From contig CAWCYI010000004.1 in the NCBI GenBank assembly GCA_963799845.1, positions 1,280,001 to 1,344,000 of the forward strand: a DNA stretch of 64,000 nucleotides. Direction: 5' to 3'. Below are positions 19,016 through 29,000 of the stretch, piece after piece. This DNA is from an uncultured Nitrososphaerota archaeon (GTDB lineage Archaea > Thermoproteota > Nitrososphaeria > Nitrososphaerales > CADDZS01). The notes beneath the pieces are model-generated. The model ran no database searches, was not told the origin of the DNA, and saw only the letters and a list, made by a program, of their open reading frames with translations. Position 1 is the stretch's first letter. Every line of letters starts with the position of its first letter. Made by a program: the position numbers and the translations under genes.

Positions 19016-20041
19016 ATGCAAGTAGTAGTTGAGAAAGAATCTGAAAGAAAGAAGACGGGTGGTGTCTTTGTCTTCTTAGAGCAGACAGGAGGAACTCCCG
19101 AGACGGTTTCCCTTGAAGTTCTTGGAAAAGGAAGAGAGATCGCCGATCAGTTGGGCGTCGGCCTTACTGGAATCTTGCTCGGAGAAAATCTCGAAGAAGC
19201 CTTCAGGGAGTGCGCACTCAGGGGCGCGGACGTCGTTCTTGTCGGGGAGTCTCCGTTTCTGGGAGACTTCACGACGGAGGCGTATTCCAAGGTCATATCT
19301 GGCATTGTGAAGGAGTACGATCCAGATATCTTCCTCGTTGGCGCGACTCACAACGGCACGAGTCTAGCCGCAAATCTGGCGATCCAGTTACATGCGGGTT
19401 TGATGGCCCATGTTGTCGACCTTGACGTCGAGAAGGAAACCGGAAAGCTTCTCGGATCAGTCCCTGGATTCGGAGGAAACATCGTCGCGGTCTGCAAGTG
19501 CAAGAAGGGCAGACCGCAGATGGCAACTGTTCGTCCCGGGATATTCAAACCTCTTCCAGCCTCGGAGTCTCGCAAGGGAACTGTTCAGCCAATCAAGCTT
19601 GACACACTCAAACCTGAAGACGTAAAGTGTAGGATAGTCGAAAAGTCGGTCGGAGAAAGCTTTGAGATAAGCCATGCGGAGAAGGTCGTCGTAGCAGGAC
19701 TCGGATTGAAGGAGGACCTGACTCTTGCCAAAACACTTGCTGAGAAGATCAGCGGAATTTTGGCAGTTTCAAGGCCAGTCGCAGACAAGGGTGCAGCTCC
19801 AAAGGATCTTGTAGTGGGTTCAACAGGGTCTAGTCTCAACGCCAAGCTCGCCTTGGTTTTAGGCGTAAGCGGTGCAGCTCATTTTTCATCTGGAATCAGG
19901 GACGTCGAAACTGTAATAGCGATCAACTCTGATCCGGACGCGCCCATCTTTAGTCAGGCCGATTATTGCGTGAATGGAGACCTTTTCAAAATCGTGCCGG
20001 AACTTGTTTCCGAGCTCGAATCCAAGAGAGATGCAAAGTAA
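19016..20041 (+). CDS. etfA: Electron transfer flavoprotein alpha subunit
   Basis: PQMATVRPG, SRPVAD, VGSTG, GVSGAAHFSSGI, AINSDPDAPIF. Confidence 0.92.
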   Translation: MQVVVEKESERKKTGGVFVFLEQTGGTPETVSLEVLGKGREIADQLGVGLTGILLGENLEEAFRECALRGADVVLVGESPFLGDFTTEAYSKVISGIVKEYDPDIFLVGATHNGTSLAANLAIQLHAGLMAHVVDLDVEKETGKLLGSVPGFGGNIVAVCKCKKGRPQMATVRPGIFKPLPASESRKGTVQPIKLDTLKPEDVKCRIVEKSVGESFEISHAEKVVVAGLGLKEDLTLAKTLAEKISGILAVSRPVADKGAAPKDLVVGSTGSSLNAKLALVLGVSGAAHFSSGIRDVETVIAINSDPDAPIFSQADYCVNGDLFKIVPELVSELESKRDAK

Positions 20042-20823
20042 TGAAGCAAGTCGTATGTCTCAAGGTGACACCGAAGATTGAGCAGCTCAAATTCGACGAA
20101 GCAAAGAAGACGATGATCCGCGAGGGTGTTGAGAACGAGATCAACGAGGCGGACAAAAATGCTCTAGAAATGAGCCTGAGCCTCAAAGATAAGCTGGGCG
20201 GACAGGTTGTTGTTCTATCCATGGGTCCTCCGGCGTTTGATCCTTATCTCAAACTCGCGATTGCGATGGGAGCTGATGGGGCGATTCTCTTGAGCGACAG
20301 AGCTTTCGCAGGGGCAGATACATACTCGACATCTCTCGTTCTCGCAACAGCAGTCAAGAAAATCTCCGATTATGATCTGATTTTCTGCAGCGAAGCTTCC
20401 TCTGACGGGAGCACGGAACAGGTTTCTCCAAGTATCGCAGCTTGGCTTGGAGTTCCACTGATTAGCTATGTGAGCAGCATGTCTGTGAATGATGGCCGGG
20501 TCCAGGCAAAAAGAATCATCCGCGGCGGCTATGAAGTCGTCGAAACTACTCTCCCGACACTCCTAAGCGTGGAACTTGGCTGCAACACTCCGAGGTTTCC
20601 AGATTTCAGGAGAAAAAGATGGGCAGAGAAGGAATTCAAGACCACTGTCTGGGGAATAAATGATCTTGGGCTGAGTCCAAACGAGGTCGGTCTGGAAGGA
20701 TCCCTAACCAGCGTCAACGAGCTGAGACACATGAGATCGCCACAAAGAAAGAAAGAGTTTCTTACGGGAGAGCCGAAGAAGATTGCTGCAAGGCTTGCCG
20801 AAATAATCAGAAGCACTGCCTAA
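20041..20823 (+). CDS. etfB: Electron transfer flavoprotein beta subunit
   Basis: VVCLKVTP, INEADKNALE, SMGPP, AMGAD, DRAFAGADT, SSDGSTEQV; ATG at 20041 overlaps the etfA stop. Confidence 0.92.
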   Translation: MKQVVCLKVTPKIEQLKFDEAKKTMIREGVENEINEADKNALEMSLSLKDKLGGQVVVLSMGPPAFDPYLKLAIAMGADGAILLSDRAFAGADTYSTSLVLATAVKKISDYDLIFCSEASSDGSTEQVSPSIAAWLGVPLISYVSSMSVNDGRVQAKRIIRGGYEVVETTLPTLLSVELGCNTPRFPDFRRKRWAEKEFKTTVWGINDLGLSPNEVGLEGSLTSVNELRHMRSPQRKKEFLTGEPKKIAARLAEIIRSTA

Positions 20824-20942
20824 TTTCTTGATTAGCGCCGATGTGATAGTTTATGAGCTTGGACCGTTCCTCTAACACCGGGATTGGAGTGTGCGGACAA
20901 GATTCGTTCAGATTAGTTCCCACCATCCTAGCGTGAACCAAG

Positions 20943-21278
20943 TTGTGCGAACATCTTGAAATCGAGGAATTTGGAGCCTACATTATTCGTCGGGGCAGAA
21001 AAGAGGAAACTGCTACCCTTCTGAAGTGTAGCTCATGTGGGAAGTTCTTAGCACTCGATTCCAAAGTAGTACCAGAAAGGAACATTCTTAGAAAGACAAG
21101 CATGACAAGGGCGAATATGCGAACAGTAACCATCCAGCTCAACAGTGACGTCTACGAAAGAATTCAGAAACTCATCAGTGAAGAAAGCCTTAGAGAGAAT
21201 CAATCAAAAGTCATGAATGAGCTTCTAGGCCTAGGTTTGCATTACTACCATACTATCATTCCGAAAGCTCGCCACTAG
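20943..21278 (+). CDS. Hypothetical zinc-ribbon + ribbon-helix-helix-like protein
   Basis: CEH...CSSCGK at the N-terminus; TVTIQLNSDVYERIQKL...SKVMNELL at the C-terminus. Confidence 0.55.
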   Translation: MCEHLEIEEFGAYIIRRGRKEETATLLKCSSCGKFLALDSKVVPERNILRKTSMTRANMRTVTIQLNSDVYERIQKLISEESLRENQSKVMNELLGLGLHYYHTIIPKARH

Positions 21279-21294
21279 AATTCAGTTATGCTTG

Positions 21295-22053
21295 TTAAGT
21301 AAGAATTTGTCCCAGAAACATAGTCGTTGCGTAAATTAGCGTAATCAGACCATCTCTTTGATGCGCATCGAATAGTCTTTTGAGATCCTGCTTCATGATC
21401 TCAAAGCCAGAGTCGTTCTTCGTTGGAAGATACGAAGCGGAAGCAGCGCGTCCTACTAGGGCGTCGAAATCCAGTACCTGTTTATTTGGAACCGTGAATT
21501 CCCTGTAATTCTTGTTGTTGAAGAATTTCGCAAGATATTCTGCGTCGATATCGGGGACTACGTTCGCCTTCGCATTCTTGTTGATCAAATTTTCATAATC
21601 ATCCATCACACCATCGTCTCCTGTTCCTCTTTCATTGTAAACGATCATCACGTATCCTGACGGCCTGAGAATCCGTGCAAATTCTACCCGAGACTGGTCG
21701 GGGTCAAACCAGTGAAGCGCCTGCCCGGCGGTCACGAGGTCGATGCTATTGGAGGGAAGGCCGGTGTTTTCGGCTGATTGATTCATGCTGACAAAATTAT
21801 CATAGCGAGAGAGATTTTTCTCGGCAAACGATCTCATTTCATCGTTGGGCTCAATTCCAAAGACGCGGTTCCCATTATCGAGAAATACTTTCGTCAATAT
21901 TCCCGTGCCGGATCCGACGTCTGCGACGATCTTGTCTTTGTTGAAACCGATTTGCGCGTTCAGTATGTCAATGATTTCTTGCGGATAAGTTGGTCTGTAT
22001 TTTGAGTATGCCTCTGCCCTGCCGGTAAATCTGTTCATGAATTTCCCTGACAT
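21295..22053 (-). CDS. Class I SAM-dependent methyltransferase
   Basis: YSKYRPTYP, VADVGSGTG, GIEPN, AGQALHWFD, RILRPSG. Confidence 0.92.
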   Translation of the reverse strand: MSGKFMNRFTGRAEAYSKYRPTYPQEIIDILNAQIGFNKDKIVADVGSGTGILTKVFLDNGNRVFGIEPNDEMRSFAEKNLSRYDNFVSMNQSAENTGLPSNSIDLVTAGQALHWFDPDQSRVEFARILRPSGYVMIVYNERGTGDDGVMDDYENLINKNAKANVVPDIDAEYLAKFFNNKNYREFTVPNKQVLDFDALVGRAASASYLPTKNDSGFEIMKQDLKRLFDAHQRDGLITLIYATTMFLGQILT

Positions 22054-22059
22054 GCCTCA

Positions 22060-22407
22060 TCACGACTTTACGAGCTTCTTGAATCCGATCATAGCGCAAA
22101 CTTCCTCGAATATTTCCATGTGACCCTCAAACCATGGACTCAGCATAAACACCGTGCCGTATCTTTCTCCCGACGAAACTAGAAGAGAACTGCTGACTAG
22201 GATGCGCATATGATGCTGGACTGCTTTGTATTGCAGATCGAGTTCGTTTGCGAGCTGATTAATGTTCTTCGGTCTCACTCTAATGATCTGAATTATTCGC
22301 GCTCGGTTTTCTCCTCCCCTTTTCCCACCTAGGAGGAACCACAGGAGCCGCCTTAATTCAGGATCGTCAAGCATCAGAATGATCCGGATCCTGGAATCAG
22401 TTGGCAT
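22060..22407 (-). CDS. ArsR-like wHTH transcriptional regulator
   Basis: LLWFLLGGKRGGENRARII...NINQLANELDLQYKAVQHHMRIL...GERYG. Confidence 0.85.
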   Translation of the reverse strand: MPTDSRIRIILMLDDPELRRLLWFLLGGKRGGENRARIIQIIRVRPKNINQLANELDLQYKAVQHHMRILVSSSLLVSSGERYGTVFMLSPWFEGHMEIFEEVCAMIGFKKLVKS

Positions 22408-22456
22408 AATTTGGAAGAACGGTTAAAGTCTTGTTCAAAATGTGAGAGTTCTGCGA

Positions 22457-22738
22457 ATGTATCCGCTAGTGGCGATGGCCACATTTTTCTCATTTCTAAA
22501 TTCGGCCCTCCTGCTCGGCCTTCTCTACCTCTACGCGAGGATTCTCGTAAAGACCCATGCAAAGTACACTTTCGGTTTGATCATATTTGCCGCACTGTTG
22601 CTGGTACAGAATCTGATAACGATGTCGTCGTACCTATTCATGATAGAATTTTATTCCTGGCAGCTATATCCGGTGCTCGACCTTATCGCGGTCTTCGAAT
22701 TTGCCGCCCTCATCGCCCTCTTCAAGGTTACCCTGTGA
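22457..22738 (+). CDS. Small three-TM membrane protein, partner of the ArsR-like regulator
   Basis: Three hydrophobic helices; YTFGLIIFAALLLVQN; divergent from the regulator. Confidence 0.75.
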   Translation: MYPLVAMATFFSFLNSALLLGLLYLYARILVKTHAKYTFGLIIFAALLLVQNLITMSSYLFMIEFYSWQLYPVLDLIAVFEFAALIALFKVTL

Positions 22739-22775
22739 TCAGTTGGCTACTACTCCAATCGTAATAAAGTTTCAC

Positions 22776-22800
22776 AGATTTGGATGAGATTTGGATGAAC
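22776..22800 (+). promoter_or_regulatory. Tandem AGATTTGGATG operator-like repeat
   Basis: AGATTTGGATG x2 just upstream of GATATAA; related ATTTGGAAGAAC at 22409-22420. Confidence 0.55.
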
Positions 22801-22834
22801 CTTGATATAACGTAATGGCACTATCAGCCAGATC

Positions 22835-23455
22835 ATGACCAATTTCAAGACACTTTCTGTAGTGTTTGCGGTTCTCGCCATAATTTTCATAGCTTCTACC
22901 GGTTATCTGGTAGCGTCTCCAAGGTCTCTTACATCATTGCTAACTACTGTTCAGACGACAACAGTGGCAGGTGGAGGGGGAGTGCAAACGACAACTGTAT
23001 CTGTCGGAGTTCAATCTAGTATCAGCCAATCAAGTAGCACGTCCGTCGCTAGCTCCGGAGGAGTTACGATTGCCCTCGCGTACAAACCTGCGCTTGGAAC
23101 TTTTCTTACGAATGCTTCCGGATGGACCCTTTACTTATTCACCAACGACACGCAGAATAGCGGTGCAAGTTCTTGCTATGGACAGTGTGCGACGTTCTGG
23201 CCGGCTTTCCATGGCTCTTCCAGCAGTTTGACGCTTCCCCCAGGTGTTAACGCATCCAGCTTCGGCACAATCACCCGAACGGACGGAACGACGCAGCTGA
23301 CCTACCAAGGTTGGCCTCTGTACAATTATGCGGGGGACAAGGCAGCCGGCGAAACAAACGGGCAGGATAAATTCGGTACATGGTTTGTCGTGAATATCCC
23401 GACGATTACGATACCTGCGAACGCGACGAAGACCGTCAGCACGAGTTCAGGATAG
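22835..23455 (+). CDS. Secreted or membrane-anchored protein with Lipoprotein_15 (COG4315-like) repeats
   Basis: Signal anchor, Ser/Thr linker, GWTLYLFTND, CYGQCATFWP, RTDGTTQLTYQGWPLYNYAGD..GETNGQ. Confidence 0.85.
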   Translation: MTNFKTLSVVFAVLAIIFIASTGYLVASPRSLTSLLTTVQTTTVAGGGGVQTTTVSVGVQSSISQSSSTSVASSGGVTIALAYKPALGTFLTNASGWTLYLFTNDTQNSGASSCYGQCATFWPAFHGSSSSLTLPPGVNASSFGTITRTDGTTQLTYQGWPLYNYAGDKAAGETNGQDKFGTWFVVNIPTITIPANATKTVSTSSG

Positions 23456-23468
23456 CCCGCCGAATTTA

Positions 23469-24020
23469 TTGACGCGAAGCCCTTTCCTTTTCAGGTGGAT
23501 TATCTTGAACGTCGGAAACCTGCTTACCCGAGTCGGCGGGGTATTGATGCTCGGGATTTTTGGTGTCAATCTATACATCGGTCTTTATGACACGAACCTC
23601 AGCCAGGTCAGCCCCGTTCACACGGAGCTTAATTGGGTAATAGTCGCGGCCGACCTGCTTGCTGCAATTTTCCTGCTCGTGAAGCCCGGTAATTTGATCT
23701 TCAAATCGCTCGGAGGAATTGTCTGGCCGATTTTTTACGTCGCAAACCTGTTCATTGACGTTGAAACGCGTCTCTGCCTTGGGGGAGCAGAAACGACCTG
23801 TTCTACGACAGTATCGGACGCGTATCAGTACCTGATACTTGGTAGCGCCGGCCAGGAGTGGGTGCTCTGGCCGTACACCATCCGATTCGCGATCGGACTC
23901 GCGGTAGCTGTGTTGATACTTTCGTTAGTATCGTTGAAATTTAGAGTACCTAAAGAAAAAAAGTCGCAGCAGACAATACAGCAGGATAAGCAGGTTCAAT
24001 CCGGCACTGACGACAAATGA
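23469..24020 (+). CDS. Hypothetical multi-pass membrane protein
   Basis: About four hydrophobic helices with a Cys pair in a loop; 13 bp after the previous gene. Confidence 0.7.
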   Translation: MTRSPFLFRWIILNVGNLLTRVGGVLMLGIFGVNLYIGLYDTNLSQVSPVHTELNWVIVAADLLAAIFLLVKPGNLIFKSLGGIVWPIFYVANLFIDVETRLCLGGAETTCSTTVSDAYQYLILGSAGQEWVLWPYTIRFAIGLAVAVLILSLVSLKFRVPKEKKSQQTIQQDKQVQSGTDDK

Positions 24021-24224
24021 AATTCTAGCTAATCTTAATCTCGTATCCCTCCTCCGGTTTGAATTCTCGGCATTATCATTCCTGCAGAGGAGACAAGGGC
24101 CCAGGATAAGGTCACTTAAGATCAAAGTGTCAACCTTGCGCGAGCTAAGGCACACCCACGAAGAAATTGAGTTTGAGTATCCTCCGAAGTGAAATCATTT
24201 CTCTATACTATCGAAAATCCTCTT

Positions 24225-24638
24225 TCATTGTCCATCTGCGCGTTTGAGTACTACAACAGGAATCTTCCTGGTAGTTTTCTTTTGATAATCATCGTAAGTT
24301 GGATATATTTTGGTAAGCAGTGGCCAGAGTCTTGCCTTTTCATCGTCTGATACCTGCTCGGCTGTAACTTTTTTCTTTTCATTCTTAATCTGGATCTGGG
24401 CATCTGGACTTTTTTTCAAGTTCATCCACCAAGAAGGATAACTATCTCGACCCCCGTTTGAAGCCACCACAGCAAAATTCTTGTCATCGATAATATAGAG
24501 CAGTGGAGTGGTCCGACGCTTTCCAGTCTTTCGGCCTGTTGTTGACAAAAGCAGAACCGGCGCGCCCCTGAAGGTACCGCCAATTCGGCCACCTGACAGC
24601 TGGTAAAAGAATACGTGTAAAGTAGTGAAGGCATTCAT
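24225..24638 (-). CDS. Deazaflavin (F420)-dependent nitroreductase family (Ddn-like) protein
   Basis: PVLLLSTTGRKTGKRRTTPL, VVASNGG...PSWWMNL, YDDYQKKTTRKIPVVVL. Confidence 0.92.
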   Translation of the reverse strand: MNAFTTLHVFFYQLSGGRIGGTFRGAPVLLLSTTGRKTGKRRTTPLLYIIDDKNFAVVASNGGRDSYPSWWMNLKKSPDAQIQIKNEKKKVTAEQVSDDEKARLWPLLTKIYPTYDDYQKKTTRKIPVVVLKRADGQ

Positions 24639-24771
24639 TTTAGCAGATCGTAAATGCTCATCCTTTTTTCGTTATCGGAGCTCTGCGAGGGTGGGAATTC
24701 CCCCTGGTGTAAATCACAGTCAAACGACGGTTGTAATCTAAAATAATCGAGCACAAGAAAAATGCAACTCC

Positions 24772-26043
24772 ATGTCCGCTTCGCGACTCCGCAAAGTAAT
24801 CACGCTGAGATACGCGATAGCCCTTTACGTGAGCTCAGTCATTGGATCCGGAATCCTCGTTCTGCCTGGTCTCGCGGCCAAGATCGCCGGGCCGTCTTCT
24901 ATCATCGCGTGGGTAATCCTGTCGTTTGCCAGCTATCCGTTCGCGTATACTTTTGCCTCGATGTCCGCTCGACGCCCGGAGTCTGGTGGCGTTTACTCAT
25001 TTGCGAAGGAGAGTTTCGGCTTCAGAATATCGACGGTCACAAGCTGGCTCTTCGCCTTCTGGTTCATTACTGGTGGACCGGCCGTAACTCTCATAGCCGC
25101 TTCGTATCTAGGTTACGCTTTTCCCCTCAATCGCCCTGAAACGTTTGTCGCCGCCTTTGGGATAATATTGGCTACATTCATAGTAAACTACCGCGGAATA
25201 GTAGTAAGCTCCAAGGTTCAGCTCGCAGTCATAGTTTCTGTTATCACTTTGATCGTTGTTGCGACCCTCTCATCGCTTTCTCTTGTGCGAGTTCAGAATT
25301 TCACCCCGTTTTTTCCCAACGGGCCGTTCGCAGTCGGAACCGCTGCCGCTCTAATCTTCTGGTCGTACCTGGGATATGAGAACGTGTCGAATGTTGCTGA
25401 AGAATTCGAAAACCCCAAGAGAGATTTTCAACGGAACATTTTGCTCAGCGTGTTCGTCATCGGTATTCTTTACATTTCGGTTTCATTTGTAACGATTGGG
25501 ACGCGCGCGTATTCGGCCGGCGGAGGAGTTGCTCCATTTGCCGCGATCCTTTCGAACGTTCTCGGAACTTACGGCGCAGCAGGAACCGCGATTCTCGCCG
25601 CCTTCATCATATTCGGGGCAGGCAATGCGTACATGACGGGGATGTCTCGCGTTGTCTACGCCGCCGCGAGAGACGGCGCTTTTCCAAAATTTCTCGATCA
25701 TCTTGATGTAAAGACAGGATCGCCCAACCGCGCTCTGGTCGTGTTGTTTAGTTCTGCAGTCGTGGTCCTGGTCGTCTTCTACTTTCTCAATGTAGATCTC
25801 GAAACGGCTCTTCTTATCCCAAGCGGGGCAGCCATCACTGTTTACGTCATTGGATCGGCTGCCGGGGTTAGGCTCTTGAAAGAAAAGGGTGCCAAGAGAA
25901 TACTACCCGTGATATCCCTTGCCATTTCTCTGCTGGTTCTCCCATTCATCGGAGTCTTGCTCTCAGCAAGTATTTTCGTCGTGATTCTGGCTCTAGTCTA
26001 CGCGACATATGCCGCAAGACGCTTAGTATCTAGAAAAGTGTAG
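24772..26043 (+). CDS. APC-family amino acid permease
   Basis: SSVIGSGIL, PESGGVY, FWSYLGYE, AEEFENPKRD, SRVVYAAARDG; about 12 TM helices. Confidence 0.9.
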   Translation: MSASRLRKVITLRYAIALYVSSVIGSGILVLPGLAAKIAGPSSIIAWVILSFASYPFAYTFASMSARRPESGGVYSFAKESFGFRISTVTSWLFAFWFITGGPAVTLIAASYLGYAFPLNRPETFVAAFGIILATFIVNYRGIVVSSKVQLAVIVSVITLIVVATLSSLSLVRVQNFTPFFPNGPFAVGTAAALIFWSYLGYENVSNVAEEFENPKRDFQRNILLSVFVIGILYISVSFVTIGTRAYSAGGGVAPFAAILSNVLGTYGAAGTAILAAFIIFGAGNAYMTGMSRVVYAAARDGAFPKFLDHLDVKTGSPNRALVVLFSSAVVVLVVFYFLNVDLETALLIPSGAAITVYVIGSAAGVRLLKEKGAKRILPVISLAISLLVLPFIGVLLSASIFVVILALVYATYAARRLVSRKV

Positions 26044-29000
26044 TCTGAAACTGCTCGACCGGTCGAAGTTTCTTCTTCTTTTCTTGTTTCTGATCGCTTT
26101 CGATCTCTTCGGTCGTACTGAGGCTGACCTCCGCGATTTTCGGAGTTTTGACGAAGGCCGGCGGTATCAGTATTGTCTCAGTTTCCGTCTCAACGAGGCC
26201 GCTCACGAAGTAATCCTTCATGTCGGACTGATGTCCTTCCGGCGTGAATAAAGTCGCAAGCTCTTCCGAGGCAAGTATGAACCTCGATCTGAGATACTCG
26301 CCGACATCGTATTTGTGGGACAATCGCAGGCCCAGCTGCAGATATTTCTCAACTGAGCCGCGGGTGACGGAAGCCTGAAGGGTTCCACCGCAGGATAGGC
26401 ATACACCCTTGATCGGCATACGCCTGTACTTTGTCGAACAGTCCTTGCACCTGAATCGCTGGGAAGTATACGCCTTTGTGTTGCCGATTATGTCAGGGAG
26501 CAGATGGGTTCGTAGAACCGATTTTACCACATCGTGCGGATTTACTGCGTTTATCTTCTCTGCAATCTCGATCTGCCTGTCCAGTTTTTCAGTCAGCGTG
26601 ACGAGGGTGGAGTAGCTGGATCTATTGTTCTTGACTGTGATCGTGTTTGTGTCATGGGTGAATCCAAAGCCGTGATACTGCTTTTCTGTGTCGAGCCTAT
26701 CCTTGACTATCTCGATGAATTTTTTTGCCTCACTGGGTGTAACTTTTCTCTCCGCTGCTTCGTAAAACTCCAGCGGGTACAGGGAGGTGACGTCCATATG
26801 GTGCGCCTGCCTTTGCACCTCCTTGGGCAAAATAAGCGGTTGGATCAACAAAGGGGCGTCCATAAGGCCCCCAATGATTGAGGGTAGGAATTTTTTCGAA
26901 AAGTTGAGCAGTACATCCATCATCAAAAGGATCGAATCCCCGTCGCCGTCGCAATCCCTCCTCTTCGCTGAATGCCAGTACGGCGTCGCAAAGCACGCCT
27001 GCGCATTTGAGAATCCCACGACCCTACCCACTATTCCTACCGAGGTGTGCGGCGCCAGTCCTATGATAAGGTGACCTATCAGGTCCTGCGGGTTTTCGAC
27101 GTTATAGTAAGGCTCAAGGTTGTACTGATGCACCAAGAGATCATCGACGTACTTTGCGACGGAGACAAGAAACGTCCCCGCTTCGAAGGGGACTATCACG
27201 TCCTGCATCAGGAGCTCCACCGTCTGGTCGTCTCGCTCCAGTGGTTTCCCGTTGACATCGAGCGAGTAGCCTATTTCCTTGAGTTTGGTTATGCTCGTCT
27301 GGATCTGCTTCGGCTTGAAGTGAGTCAGCGGAACGTTGGTTGCATCGAACCTGATCGTGCCGTCCCGGTAGACGGAAAGGTCGTACTTTTGTCGGAGCAA
27401 AACTTTCTCCAGGCGCTCCGGGATCTTCAATTCGTTGGTCAGTCCCAGCACTCCCTTCAGCGGTTTCTGCGGAATGTAATCAACCCTGAGCGAGGCCTTG
27501 CGAAGCTCCTGTTTCAACGGAAATTCGAACCCGGAAGAGAACCTGAGCTGTCCTCCGCAGGCCGGGCATCTTGTCGCCGAACTATCAAGAGCTCGAGTAT
27601 GGCACTGCACGCAAACCTTGAATAGAACCGGAGTGGAGTCGCAGAGGGCACATTTTGCAGTAATACATCGCGTCCCGCATTTAGGACACTCCAAGTTTAC
27701 AATCTCGATTGAAAGACTGTGGTTTTCGGAGGCCAGGAGAATGTCTCTGGACATCCCTACGGACTTACCGACGGGGAAAAGTCCCTGAACCGGTGGGCGC
27801 ATCTTCCTCGGCATCCCCTTCTCAGGCCTCCCCACCCTCACGCCCACGAACGTGGAAGATTTGTTTTTGATCTGCATGTCGGAGAGCTTGCCCACGAGCT
27901 CACAGGTGTTCGTCCAGCCTTCGCCCGAAAGTTCTCTCGTCCTTTCTCTTCGCAGATCCAAGCACTCCATGATGACCAGAGCGTCAATGCCGGTTACAAT
28001 AATTTGGTTTTCCGCAAGCAACGAATGCTCCACCCCCAGTTTCTCAAGAATCGGCTTCAGAGCAACGTCGCCTCTGAGCGAGACGAGAGCTTCATTATTG
28101 TACACAGACAGACCGTCGCGAAGGCGAATCAATTCCGAGGGACTGATCTGGTCCCAGTAAAACAAAGACCTGGGATGCAGTGGGACCTGCATAACGCGGC
28201 TGATTCTTTGGGCTTCGAGAAAAGTTGGAAATGTATGAAGAGGTTCCTTCATGAGCTTTTCCAGTCGCGTTCCCTCGATCCCGAGATCCGCCGCGCCTGA
28301 TGCAAGCCCGGAGTACCGCTGCTTGAAGGCTTTGGCGAAATCCTGCGCCCACCATTCCTCTACGTAGGCGGATGGGACAAGTTTGTAGTTGTTCTCGAGG
28401 AAATCCCCGAACGAGATCAGAATATCACCGAGGTAAAGTATCGAGTCAAGCTGCGCCGCAAGCGAAGCAGCGTGCTCAGCGTCCTTGACCCTCAACACAC
28501 TGCCGTCCTTGAGACGCACGATTGGAGTTTCCAGGGTGTCGACGATCGCAATGCTCGCGCCCTTCCCTGGCATATCTACCTTGATCTGCGTTCCGATGAC
28601 TATCGGAAAATTGAGTAGCGAGCAGACGGCGGGATGGATTCCCACCGCGTGAATTCCCGTGTTTGGAGCCCTCCCGTATCTCAGGCGGAACCCCCCGGGT
28701 TTGTTGGGCATCGAAAGGACCGGCCTGCCGGAGATTACTTCCTCAAAGTGGGAAGAGCTTGCCTTCGTCTCGTCGGTTCCCTGCTGTTTTCCGCCGGAGA
28801 GCTCGGAAAGCCACGTCCAGTCGTCAATACCGAGCTCGCCAAGAAGCTTCAACAGTTTCTTTGATTTTCCAACCACTCCATCGTTGAGGACCCTGAGCGC
28901 CCCGCCTCTAACTCTGTTGGAGGAGATTCTCTTCATGTCGCGGTGAACAACCACTTCGTAATTATCAGTCCACACGCCGTCAATTTCAACAGGCAGATTT

